DNA of 64,000 nucleotides from Thalia democratica. Lineage: Eukaryota. A model generated the notes under the pieces. The model had not been told where the DNA came from. It searched no databases and was given only the letters and a program-made list of their open reading frames with translations. The translations under genes were made by a program, and so were the position numbers. The stretch covers positions 25,172,001 to 25,236,000 of the forward strand of contig OZ241829.1 of the NCBI GenBank assembly GCA_965202585.1, in the 5' to 3' direction. This document shows positions 13,101 to 25,647 of this stretch, in pieces (position 1 is the first letter of the stretch; each line of letters starts with the position of its first letter).

Positions 13101-13908
13101 TGCAACAACTCATCGTTTTATGATTTTAGCTCGTTTAGTTTTTCTTTTAAAAACCAACAAACAATAATATTTAGGTTTAGAAAATGTGGAAGTAAAACTT
13201 TATTAAATTTAGAGTTTTATTTGATTGTTTATGCTCAATTCGTCTTGAAAGAGCATAGTAAGTTTAAAAAGAAAATTAAAGATGGTTATAACTAATTTTT
13301 TACTTGAGTATTTTCACAAGTTGTTTCGTAATTTAATTAAACTCAAACATCAAAGATATTCGTGACGAAACAGAAATATTTTGCGTTTTTGCTAAAATAA
13401 GCAAACGAGTAATACCAATGAAAATTAACAAATTGTTACGTAAAAGCCGTTGGTATTACTAGCACGCAAGTCATAATAGAACAAACAACGAAAGCGCTTT
13501 AATCATATTGCTTTTGGTTTGATATTTAATTTGTTCGCATTTAATTGTGACTTGCAACGACTACAGTAACAAGTTTCTGTCTAAAGAAGTTCGCTACAAA
13601 AAGTTCTTAATACCACAACAATGCCTTGCCAAGGAGTTAGTTTGAATTATTTAATTGTTTTTAACTAAGTATGTTTTTGAAACAAAAGATAGTAACTGCT
13701 TAGAACTTATTTTATATTTGATATTGAAACGCCAAAAGTTTAACCAACTGAAAGTTTTACATAAAAGAAGTGCCATACATTCCTTAAAATTTCTGGAGTC
13801 AAATTTGTATAAACACCTATTTATACAAGCTTTTCGACAATATAAAGCTAAAATTTTATTACAAATGCAAGTAACAGAAAACTTTAACTAATACTGTATA
13901 ATCTAACT

Positions 13909-14090
13909 TATGATTTCTTAAAGTGGGCGATACCGCCCCTTAAAGTAATTTAGACGAAGGGGAAAATAAGTATTTAGGGGGGTAAAAAAGTGAACGGGCA
14001 ATTAACTAATATGGTGTATCATAAAGACGGGTGGTTATTTATTATATTGCTGCTAATGGGCGAGTATGAACATGAAACTGGGAAGCTCTG
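13909..14090. mobile_element. Degenerate hAT MITE (~180 bp)
   Basis: Eroded left end tatgatttcttaaagtgggcgataccgcccc, right end tgggaagctctg; flanks atctaact / ctctaact (7/8 TSD). Confidence 0.65.
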
Positions 14091-15010
14091 CTCTAACTAT
14101 ATAGTAAAATCATAGTCTAAAGTTTTGCAATTTTTTACAAACATGAAATGAAAAAGTTAGTTTTTGAAATAAATAAAGGCATTTAGTTATTCTCATAAAT
14201 TAGCATATTTGTATTATAAAGCTTAACTTATGATTACGAAGCTTAAACTTTGAGACTAAGATATATCTAAACTATTTGATCTAATAATTATGTATTTAAC
14301 TAATATGCGTTCATAGAACAACACTAAATTGCGCATTGAGCTTAATTATAAGAATATTTTGTTATTACGCAGTATTTTCTTACTACTTACTAATTAATAA
14401 AATATCTTAGCTACAAAGTTAGTTTTTATATGAAATTAATAAAACTAATGACCTCATTTGCTAGAAACTTTCCGTTAAAACAATTAATTTCTAATATATA
14501 TTATATATTGTACAATACCAATAGCTATAACATTATGATTTTTTTTTCTAATTTGATGTACAATTGTTTAAACAGCACAGAAAAAAAGTTTGAACAAAAC
14601 AGATTAAGGCAGTAGAATTGTTTTTTAATGCAATAGACTTACAGTCAATTTCAAGAAGTCATTTTAGTGAAAAATATACTTTTAGTCCGAACATAATAAT
14701 TAAATCCTAGACGACACATTTATAAATGTAGTTCAGTTTATAAGCATTTAAAAACATCAGAAAAGCTAATTTGTGAACGAGCTTTAACTAAGCACTGTAA
14801 AATTTAATAAACTTGTTTGAATACAACCACACCAGTAGCACGTTTTAAATACCAATAATATGTATTGTGACACACACTTTAAAGCTTTAGTTCTCTTGCA
14901 ATCTTTCTTTTTGAAATAAAGTTTACATACTTAACTATTACAGAACAGTCATTAGGCGCTCATACACTTGTGAGCTAAACATGATTAAACACAACTTTTG
15001 TTTTTAACAG

Positions 15011-15056
15011 AACTCACCAGCAAGACATCGATCCGGAAACAATGAAGCCAACGGAG
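15011..15056 (+). CDS. Small exon (contains ATG at 15042: MKPTE) upstream of the acidic-helix exon
   Basis: tttttaacAG acceptor at 15009-15010, gagGTAAAT donor at 15057; open frame; phase 0 matches the next exon at 15291. Confidence 0.6.
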
Positions 15057-15290
15057 GTAAATATGATTAAAAAAAATTTAGCCAAATGATTTTGCTTTAT
15101 TGTAAATCCAATTGAAGGTGACGCTAACTCGCGACCTTACAACTTACTAATTCTTTGTCAAAAACCTTTTACAAAATGACTTGAGATCAAAACTCAAAAA
15201 AGTTCTGCTTGTATACTCCTTAAAAAACCACTAAAAAACATAAAGCAGTATTGGTGTTTAAGCTGAAAAACTCCTAGTAGTTTCCTGTAG

Positions 15291-15527
15291 AAAACTTTAT
15301 TTCAACAAACATCAGAAGGAAGCGGCGATTGGAGGGACCAGCAGGTTGGGTCGAGGAGGGCGAGCAGCTCCTCCTACATGGATCAGCTGAACGAGTTCAT
15401 GGAGGACATCGACGAGATCATGGAGGACATCGAAGAGGAGTACCAGGAGTGGAAGGAGGAGTTTCCCCAGTACGCCAAGGAAGGTTCGGATTGCTTGTGT
15501 AGATGTAGCTGTAGGCACAGTGGTTGA
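15291..15527 (+). CDS. Exon encoding an acidic amphipathic helix and Cys-rich tail (KTLFQQTSEG...MDQLNEFMEDIDEIMEDIEEEYQEWKEEFPQYAKEGSDCLCRCSCRHSG*)
   Basis: tttcctgtAG acceptor at 15289-15290; GC-rich codon bias against an AT-rich background; TGA at 15525-15527; AATAAA at 15623. A possible internal phase-1 donor AAG|GTTCGG follows 15483. Missed by the ORF track on this strand. Confidence 0.7.
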   Translation, partial: KTLFQQTSEGSGDWRDQQVGSRRASSSSYMDQLNEFMEDIDEIMEDIEEEYQEWKEEFPQYAKEGSDCLCRCSCRHSG

Positions 15528-17200
15528 TTAGTGTTTGTGTGGGTAGATCAGTGATAAAAAGTAGTTTTAAAAACAGTAACAACGTAGCTGATAAATTTGT
15601 AGCTTGTTAAAAACACAGCTTGAATAAACATTGTTTAAAGTTCGTTTTTTTAATAATTTATTCGTAACAATGTTTTGGTCATTTTTATTTGTGCTTGCAC
15701 AATTCCTTTAAAATTTCGATGAAAATAAATTAGTGCTTTATAACTTTAATGAAATATATGCTACTTTGTATGCGGGCGTGGCGGAACAAAACTTTAAAGT
15801 TAGTTTTAGTAATTTTAAATAAAGCTAGAACAAGCTATTAGTTGTTGGGATGAAAAAATTGATTTTGTGTTTATTGCAATCTCATTAAAAGTTAAGATTT
15901 TAATTAAATTTTTGCTTAATCATATTTTTGTTGAAGTGTGAACAAGTTGTACGCGGTTTAATTTTCAAGCTGATGATATGTGAGTAATTTTATAAACGCG
16001 TAACACACTTTGTCATTTTCAGTAACCAACAAAAGTTTTAAAGTAGTTTGGTGTGAAACGTTTTGAACTTAATCAGTCTGTAGCTTTAATAAACGAGTTT
16101 ATTTGCAAAAGAATGGAAGCAAAAGTTAAAATTTCTAACAACTAAAAAGGTTACTATGGTTTCTAACATATAGTTATAAAAATAAAGTTTAAAACGTAAG
16201 GATATTTAAAACATATCTAATGCAAACTTAAAAAAAAAATGTCCTAGGGTACAATAGTATATCTCGTAAAGAAAGAATGATATAAAGGTGTTAGAACTTA
16301 ATTGTTTTTATATAGAAATCGTAACTTTTTAATGCCAAAAACAAATTAATTTGTTTTTAAGACGTTAATAAATGTAAATTCCTAAACTCTGAGTAGTTTT
16401 AGCTAATAATTTAAAAAAAAAATATGCTATTCAGTTTTCTAAAAGCAGTTGGAATTTTTTTTTTAATTTTAAAACTTTATGTTACTGTATTACACCAAAT
16501 TTTTTTCCGATAATAAAATACTGTTATACATACTTACGTCATTATGCAACAACATGTATTACACATGAAATGTTGATTTTGTAATGTTAAAATTTAGTTA
16601 TGAAGTTTCAAACACACCGTTTTTTCAAAGTTTTCAAGTTTACAACAAGTAAAGCAAATAGGTTCTTCGTTTGATTTTTTGTTTGATTGCTATTAACATA
16701 CGCTACACAAATAAGATTACTACAAAGTTATCGAACTATACTGGTTTTGTTTGGTAGCTTTTTTGTACTTTAATTTATTATACAAGCTCAAAGAAGTAAA
16801 TAATTAAGTGAAAGTTATTTTTTAAGTGTAACTTTGCCTAAAAAAGTAATTTTACAAGACTATTAGAAGTTATATAAGTCTGTAATTAAAATTTTGATGT
16901 CCAAATCAATAAAATAAGTTTTTTTAAATGTAAACATACATTAAAGAAACTAAGAAAAATTTGTTTTGAATTAGATTCAAGTAAACAGGCAAAATTTAAA
17001 TTAAACTTAAAAAGGGGGAATAAATTGATTCTTATTTGAAACTATTTCAAGTTGATAGGACTGTTTTAAAAATTACTTCGGCAAATAAGTTTTTAGAAGA
17101 AAAAAATTTGTAAATACTTTTACTGTTTTTTATTTAAAGTCGTACACTTGCAAACTTAATTTAAAACTGAACAACACAAACACATCACTAATTAACGCAG

Positions 17201-20200
17201 ATGAAAAAACCACTAGCAAAAGCACGTTTTCCAAGAAGACCACTGTGAAGACATCGGGAACGAGCGAAGGTGCGAACCCCCAGGCATCTAGAACGACAAC
17301 GACAACCACAACAACAACAACGCAACAGGTCTCCGGGCCGGGTAAGACGCAGACCAGCGGACAAACAACTACTCAAACTTCGCAGGAAAGCCAAATCAGC
17401 CAGAGCTCAGTGGAAAAAAGTTCGGGCGGTGTTAAAACGTTCCAAGGTACAGGGTCTCAATCTTCAAGCTCGAAAACAACAGTACAAAGTTTGAAGTCAG
17501 TGGAGACGAGTGAAAACAAATCAGGTCAAACACAATCTGGCGGTGGTAAAACGAATCAAGAAAATAAAGGTAGTAAACAAACGTCTCAAAGTACAACAAT
17601 TAATGCAGTAGGTGAAAATTCATCTGACACTAAAGAAGTTGATAAAACTGAAGAAAAGAAGACTACAGCAAATACAGAAACTACTGCAAATACAAAAACT
17701 ACAGAAACAACTAAAACAGAGACTGCTCAAGAAAGCAAAACTACAGAAACTACAGAAACAGCCGAAGCAAAGAATACAGAAACTACAGAAACAACTGCAA
17801 ATACTGAAACTACAGAAACAACTGAAACAAAGACTGCTCAAGAAAGCAAAAGTACAGAAACAAATGCAAATACAGAAACAACAGAAACTACAGAAACAAC
17901 CGAAGCAAAGAATACAGAAACTACTGCAAATACAAAAACTACAGAAATAACTGAAACAAAGACTGCTAAAGAAAGCAAAACTGCAGAAACTGCTAAATCT
18001 ACAGAAACAACTGCAAATACAGAAACAACTGCAAATACTGAAACTACAGAAACAACTGAAACAAAGACTGCTCAAGAAAGCAAAACTAAAGAAACAACTG
18101 CAAATACAGAAACAACTGAAACAAAGAATACTGCAGAAAGCAAAACTACAGAAACAACTGCAAATACAGAAACAACTGAAACAACTAAAGCAAAGAATAC
18201 TGCAGAAAGCAAAACAACAGAAACTACAGAAACAACCGAAGCAAAGAATACAGAAACTACTGCAAATACAGAAAGTAAGGAAACAACTGAAACAAAGACT
18301 GCTGAAGAAAGCAAAACTACTGCAACAACTTCAAACACAGAAACAACTGCAAATAAAGAAACTACTGAAACAACTGAAACAAAGACCGCTGAAGAAAGCA
18401 AAACTACAGAAACTACAGAAAATACAGCAACTACTGCGAATACAGAAACTACAGAAACAACTGAAACAAAGACTGCTAAAGAAAGCAAAACTGCAGAAAC
18501 TGCTGAAACTACAGAAACAACTGCAAATACTAAAACTACAGAAACAACTGAAACAAAGACTGCTCAAGAAAGCAAAACTAAAGAAACAACTGCAAATACA
18601 GAAACAACTGAAACAAAGAATACTGCAGAAAGCGAAACTACAGAAACAACTGCAAATACAAAAACAACTGAAACAACTAAAGCAAAGAATACTGCAGAAA
18701 GCAAAACAACAGAAACTACAGAAACAACCGAAGCAAAGAATACAGAAACTACTGCAAATACAGAAAGTAAGGAAACAACTGAAACAAAGACTGCTGAAGA
18801 AAGCAAAACTACTGCAACAACTTCAAACACAGAAACAACTGCAAATAAAGAAACTACTGAAACAACTGAAACAAAGACCGCTGAAGAAAGCAAAACTACA
18901 GAAACTACAGAAAATACAGCAACTACTGCGAATACAGAAACTACAGAAACAACTGAAACAAAGACTGCTAAAGAAAGCAAAACTGCAGAAACTGCTGAAA
19001 CTACAGAAACAACTGCAAATACTAAAACTACAGAAACAACTGAAACAAAGACTGCTCAAGAAAGCAAAACTAAAGAAACAACTGCAAATACAGAAACAAC
19101 TGAAACAAAGAATACTGCAGAAAGCGAAACTACAGAAACAACTGCAAATACAAAAACAACTGAAACAACTAAAGCAAAGAATACTGCAGAAAGCAAAACA
19201 ACAGAAACTACAGAAACAACCGAAGCAAAGAATACAGAAACTACTGCAAATACAGAAAGTAAGGAAACAACTGAAACAAAGACCGCTGAAGAAAGCAAAA
19301 CTACTGAAACAACTTCAAACACAGAAACAACTGCAAATAAAGAAACTACTGAAACAACTGAAACAAAGACTGCTGAAGAAAGCAAAACTACAGAAACTAC
19401 AGAAAATACAGCAACTACTGCGAATACAAAAACTACAGAAACAACTGAAACAAAGACTGCTAAAGAAAGCAAAACTGCAGAAACTGCTGAAACTACAGAA
19501 ACAACTGCAAATACTGAAACTACAGAAACAACTGAAACAAAGACTGCTCGAGAAAGCAAAACTAAAGAAACAACTGCAAATACAGAAACAACTGAAACAA
19601 AGAATACTGCAGAAAGCAAAACTACAGAAACAACTGCAAATACAGAAACAACTGAAACAACTAAAGCAAAGAATACTGCAGAAAGCAAAACAACAGAAAC
19701 TACAGAAACAACCGAAGCAAAGAATACAGAAACTACTGCAAATACAGAAAGTAAGGAAACAACTGAAACAAAGACTGCTGAAGAAAGCAAAACTACAGAA
19801 ACTACAGAAAATACAGCAACTACTGCGAATACAGAAACTACAGAAACAACTGAAACAAAGACTGCTAAAGAAAGCAAAACTACAGAAACTACAGAAACTA
19901 CAGAAACAACTGCAAATACAGAAACTACAGAAACAACTGAAACAAAGACTGCTGAAGAAAGCAAAACTGCAGAAACTGCTGAAACTACAGAAACAATTGC
20001 AAATACTAAAACTACAGAAACAACTGAAACAAAGACTGCTGAAGAAAGCAAAACTACAGAAACTACAGAAAATACAGCAACTACTGCGAATACAGAAACT
20101 ACAGAAACAACTGAAACAAAGACTGCTAAAGAAAGCAAAACTGCAGAAACTGCTGAAACTACAGAAACAACTGCAAATACTAAAACTACAGAAACAACTG

Positions 20201-23200
20201 AAACAAAGACTGCTCAAGAAAGCAAAACTAAAGAAACAACTGCAAATAAAGAAACAACTGAAACGACTGAAACAAAGAATAGTGCAGAAAGCAAGACTAC
20301 AGAAACAACTGCAAATACAGAAACAACTGAAACAACTAAAGCAAAGAATACTGCAGAAAGAAAAACAACAGAAACTACAGAAACAACCGAAGCAAAGAAT
20401 ACAGAAACTACTGCAAATACAGAAAGTAAGGAAACAACTGAAACAAAGACTGCTGAAGAAAGCAAAACTACTGCAACAACTTCAAACACAGAAACAACTG
20501 CAAATACAGAAACTACTAAAACAACTGAAACAAAGACTGCTGAAGAAAGCAAAACTACAGAAACTACAGAAAATACAGCAACTACTGCGAATACAGAAAC
20601 TACAGAAACAACTGAAACAAAGACTGCTAAAGAAAGCAAAACTGCAGAAACTGCTGAAACTACAGAAACAACTGCAAATACTAAAACTACAGAAACAACT
20701 GAAACAAAGACTGCTGAAGAAAGCAAAACTAAAGAAACAACTGCAAATACAGAAACAACTGAAACAGCTAAAGCAAAGAATACTGCAGAAAGCAAAACAA
20801 CAGAAACTACAGAAACAACCGAAGCAAAGAATACAGAAACTACTGCAAATACAGAAAGTAAGAAAACAACTGAAACAAAGACTGCTGAAGAAAGCAAAAC
20901 TACTGCAACAACTTCAAACACAGAAATAACTGCAAATAAAGAAACTACTGAAACAACTGAAACAAAGACTGCTGAAGAAAGCAAAACTACAGAAACTACA
21001 GAAAATACAGTAACTACTGCGAATACAGAAACTTCAGAAACAACTGAAACAAAGACTGCTAAAGAAAGCAAAACTGCAGAAACTGCTGAAACTACAGAAA
21101 CAACTGCAAATACTAAAACTACAGAAACAACTGAAACAAAGACTGCTGAAGAAAGCAAAGCTAAAGAAACAACTGCAAATATAGAAACAACTGAAACAAC
21201 TGAAACAAAGAATACTGCAGAAAGCAAAACTACAGAAACAACTGCAAATACAGTAACAACTGAAACAACTAAAGCAAAGAATACTGCAGAAAGCAAAACA
21301 ACAGAAACTACAGAAACAACCGAAGCAAAGAATACAGAAACTACTGCAAATACAGAAAGTAAGGAAACAACTGAAACAAAGACCGCTGAAGAAAGCAAAA
21401 CTACAGAAACTACAGAAAATACAGCAACTACTGCGAATACGGAAACTACAGAAACAACTAAAACAAAGACTGCTGAAGAAAGCAAAACTGCAGAAACTGC
21501 TGAAACTACAGAAACAACTGCAAATAATAAAACTACAGAAACAACTGAAACAAAGACTGCTCAAGAAAGCAAAACTAAAGAAACAACTGCAAATACAGAA
21601 ACAACTGAAACGACTGAAACAAAGAATACTGCAGAAAGCAAAACTAAAGAAACAACTGCAAATACAGAAACAACTGAAACAATTGAAACAAAGACTGCTG
21701 AAGAAAGCAAAACTACAGAAACAACTGCAAATACAGAAGCAACTGAAACAACTAAAGCAAAGAATACTGCAGAAAGCAAAACAACAGAAACTACAGAAAC
21801 AACCGAAGCAAAGAATACAGAAACTACTGCCAATACAGAAAGTAAGGAAACAACTGAAACAAAGACTGCTGAAGAAAGCAAAACTACAGAAACTACAGAA
21901 AATACAGCAACTACTGCGAATACAGAAACTACAGAAACAACTGAAACAAAGACTGCTGAAGAAAGCAAAACTGCAGAAACTGCTGAAACTACAGAAACAA
22001 CTGCAAATAAAGAAACTACAGAAACAACTGAAACAAAGACTGCTGAAGAAAGCAAAAGTACAGAAACTACAGAAAATATAGCAACTACTGCGAATACAGA
22101 AACTACTGAAACAACTGAAACAAAGACTGCTAAAGAAAGCAATACTGCAGAAACTGCTGAAAATACAGAAACAACGGCAAATAATAAAACTACAGAAACA
22201 ACTGAAACAAAAACTGCTCAAGAAAGCAAAACTAAAGAAACAACTGCAAATACAGAAACAACTAAAACGACTGAAACAAAGAATACTGCAGAAAGCAAAA
22301 CTACAGAAACAACTGCAAATACAGAAACAATTGAAACAACTAAAGCAAAGAATACGGCAGAAAGCAAAACAACAGAAACTACAGAAACAACCGAAGCAAA
22401 GAATACAGAAACTACTGCAAATACAGAAAGTAAGGAAACAACTAAAACAAAGACTGCTGAAGAAAGCAAAACTACTGCAACAACTGCAAACACAGAAACA
22501 ACTGCAAATACAAAAACTACTGAAACAACTGAAACAAAGACTGCTGAAGAAAGCAAAACTACAGAAACTACAGAAAATACAGCAACTACTGCAAATACAG
22601 AAACTACAGAAACAACTAAAACAAAGAATACTGCAGAAAGCAAAACAACAGAAACTACAGAAACAACCGAAGCAAAGAATACAGAAACTACAGAAACTAC
22701 TGCAAACACAGATAGTAAGGAAACAACTGAAACAAAGAATACTGCAGAAAGCAAAACTACAGAAACAACTGCAAATACTGAAACAACTGAAACAACTAAA
22801 GCACAGAATACTGCAGAAAGCAAAACTACAGAAACTACAGAAACAACCGAAGCAAAGAATACAAAAACTACTGCAAAAACAGAAAGTAAGGAAACAACTG
22901 AAAAAAAGACTGCTGATGAAAGCAAAACAACAGAAACAACTGCAAATACAGAAACAACTAAAGCAAAGAATACTGCAGAAAGAAAAACAACAGAAACTAC
23001 AGAAACAACCGAAGCAAAGAATACAGAAACTACTGCAAATACAGAAAGTAAGGAAACAACTGAAACAAAGACTGCTGAAGAAAGCAAAACTACTGCAACA
23101 ACTGCAAACACAGAAACAACTGCAAATACAGAAACTACTGAAACAACTGAAACAAAGACTACTGAAGAAAGCAAAACTACAGAAACAACTGCAAATACAG

Positions 23201-25647
23201 AAACAACTGCAAATACAGAAACTACTGCAAATACAGCAACTACTGCAAATACAGAAACTACAGAAACAACTGTAACAAATAATACTGCAGAAAGCAAAAC
23301 TACAGAATCTACTGAAACTACAGAAACAACTGCAAATACAGAAACTACAGAAACAACTGAAACAAAGACTGCTGAAGAAAGCAAAACTACAGAATCTACT
23401 GAAACTACAGAAACAACTGCAAATACAGAAACTACAGAAACAATCGAAATAAAGACTGCTCAAGAAAACAAAACTACAGAAACAACTGAAAATACAGAAA
23501 CTACAGAAACAACTGAAACAAAGACTGCTCAAGAAAGCAAAACTAAAGAAACTACAGAAACAACTGCAGATACAGAAACTACAGAAACAACCGAAACAAA
23601 GACTGCTGAAAAAAGCAAAACAACAGACACTACTGAAACTTCAGAAACTACTAAAACAAAGAAAACTGAAAAAAGCAAAACTACAGAAACTACAGAAAAT
23701 ACAGAAACTACTGAAACAACTGAAACAAAGAATACTGAAAAAAGCAAAACTACAGAAACTACAGAAAATACAGAAACTACAGAAACAACTGAAACAAAGA
23801 ATACTGAAAAAAGCAAAACTACAGAAACTACAGAAAATACAGAAACTACTGAAACAACTGAAAAAAAGACAGCTGAAGAAAGCAAAACTAAAGAAACTAC
23901 AGAAACTACAGAAACAACTGCAAATAGAGAAACTACTGAAACAACTGAAACAAAGACTGCTGAAGAAATCAAAACTACAGAATCAACTGCAAATACAGAA
24001 ACAACTGCAAATACAGAAACTACAGAAACAACTGAAACAAAGACTGCTGAAGAAAACAAAACTACAGAAACTACTGAAACTACAGAAACAACAGCAAATA
24101 CTGAAACTACAGAAACAACTGAAACAAAGACTGCCCAAGAAAGCAAAACTACAGAAACAACTGCAAATACAGAAACAACTGCAAATACAGAAACTACAGA
24201 AACAACTGAAACAAAGACTGCTGAAGAAAGCAAAACTACAGAAACTACTGAAACTACAGAAACAACTGAAACAAAGAATGCTGAAGAAATCAAAACTACA
24301 GAAACTACTGAGACTACAGAAACTACTGAAACTACAGAAACAACTGAGACAAAGACTGCTGAAACTACAGAAACAACTGAAACAAAGAGTGCTGAAGAAA
24401 TCAAAACTACAGAAACAACTGCAAATACAGAAACTACAGAAACAATTGAAACAAAGACTGCTGAAGAAAGCAAAACTACAGAAACTACTGAAACTACAGA
24501 AACAACTGAAACAAAGAATGCTGAAGAAATCAAAACTACAGAAACTACTGAAACTACAGAAACTACTGAAACTACAGAAACAACTGTAAATACCGAAACT
24601 ACAGAAACAACCGAAACAAAGACTGCTGAAGAAAGCAAAACTACAGAAACTACTGAAACTACAGAAACAACTGCAAATACAGAAACTACAGAAACAACTG
24701 AAACAAAGACTGCTGAAGAAATCAAAACTACAGAAACAACTGCAAATACAGAAACTACAGAAACAACTGAAACAAAGACTGCTCAAGAAAGCAAAACTAC
24801 AGAATCTACTCAAACTACAGAAACAACTGCAAATACTGAAACTACAGAAACAACTGAAACAAAGACTGCTGAAGAAAGCAAAACTACAGAAACTACTGAA
24901 ACTACAGAAACAACTGCAAATACAGAAACTACAGAAACAACTGAAACAAAGAATGCTGAAGAAATCAAAACTACACAATCTACTGAAACTACAGAAACAA
25001 CTGCAAATACAGAAACTACAGAAACAACTGAGACAAAGACTGCTGAATCTACAGAAATAACTGAAACAAAGACAGCTGAAGAAATCAAAACTACAGAAAC
25101 AACTGCAAATACAGAAACTACAGAAACAACTGAAACAAAGACTGCTGAAGAAAGCAAAACTACAGAAGCTACTGAAACTACAGAAACAACTGCAAATACA
25201 GAAACTACTGAAACAACTGAAACAAAGACTGCTGAAGAAAGCAAAACTACAGCAACTACTGAAGCTACAGAAACTACTGAAACAAAAGAAACTACTGCAA
25301 ATACAAAATCTACAGAAACAACTGAAACAAAGACTGCTGAAGAAAGCAAAACTACAGAAACTACTGAAACTACAGAAACAACAGCAACTACTGAAACTAC
25401 AGAAACAACAGCAACAACTGTGACAACTACGGTTGTAGTTGAAGAGAATGAGGTTACTGAAACAACCCAGCCTCAAACAATTGAGGAAGCCCAGGAGCAA
25501 ATTGAGAAGCAAGTCGATGAGATCAAAGATAGATTGAGGAGCATGTTCGCTGAATTCGAAGACGATGAAGATGTCGGCGAAGATGACGGAGTAAACCCTT
25601 CAGAACCACCTCAACCTTCTAAAGGTCCGCCTTGTGCTATTATGTAA
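17201..25647 (+). CDS. Giant terminal exon: ~2800-aa Thr/Glu/Lys/Ala/Asn-rich repeat protein ending in an acidic helix and CaaX box (CAIM)
   Basis: Uninterrupted 8.4-kb frame; branch point/acceptor ctaattaacgcAG at 17188-17200 (phase 1; the ORF-track GTG start at 17245 is internal); unique C-terminus EEAQEQIEKQVDEIKDRLRSMFAEF...KGPPCAIM*; AATAAA at 25754. Confidence 0.85.
17660..25420 (+). repeat. Coding tandem repeat: 9-nt (TET) base unit organised into higher-order units including a 492-bp (164-aa) period
   Basis: acagaaact/acagaaaca/actgaaaca units; the marker motif tg(c/a)aacaacttcaaacac recurs at 18321, 18813 and 19305 (exactly 492 apart). Confidence 0.95.

Noticed and set aside
15773-15785. 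GC-box-like gcgggcgtggcgg (and CCAAT/ETS motifs near 54350-54470)
   Set aside because: Short motifs with no transcript evidence; noted only as possible promoter hints.
17270-25512. More than 20 long ORFs in other frames or on the minus strand within the giant repeat (Cys/Phe/Ser-rich, Val/Ser-rich, Lys/Gln/Leu-rich)
   Set aside because: Shadow frames of the low-complexity ACA/GAA/ACT codon repeat, which rarely generates stops; only the 17201-25647 frame has unique ends, splice context and a polyA signal.
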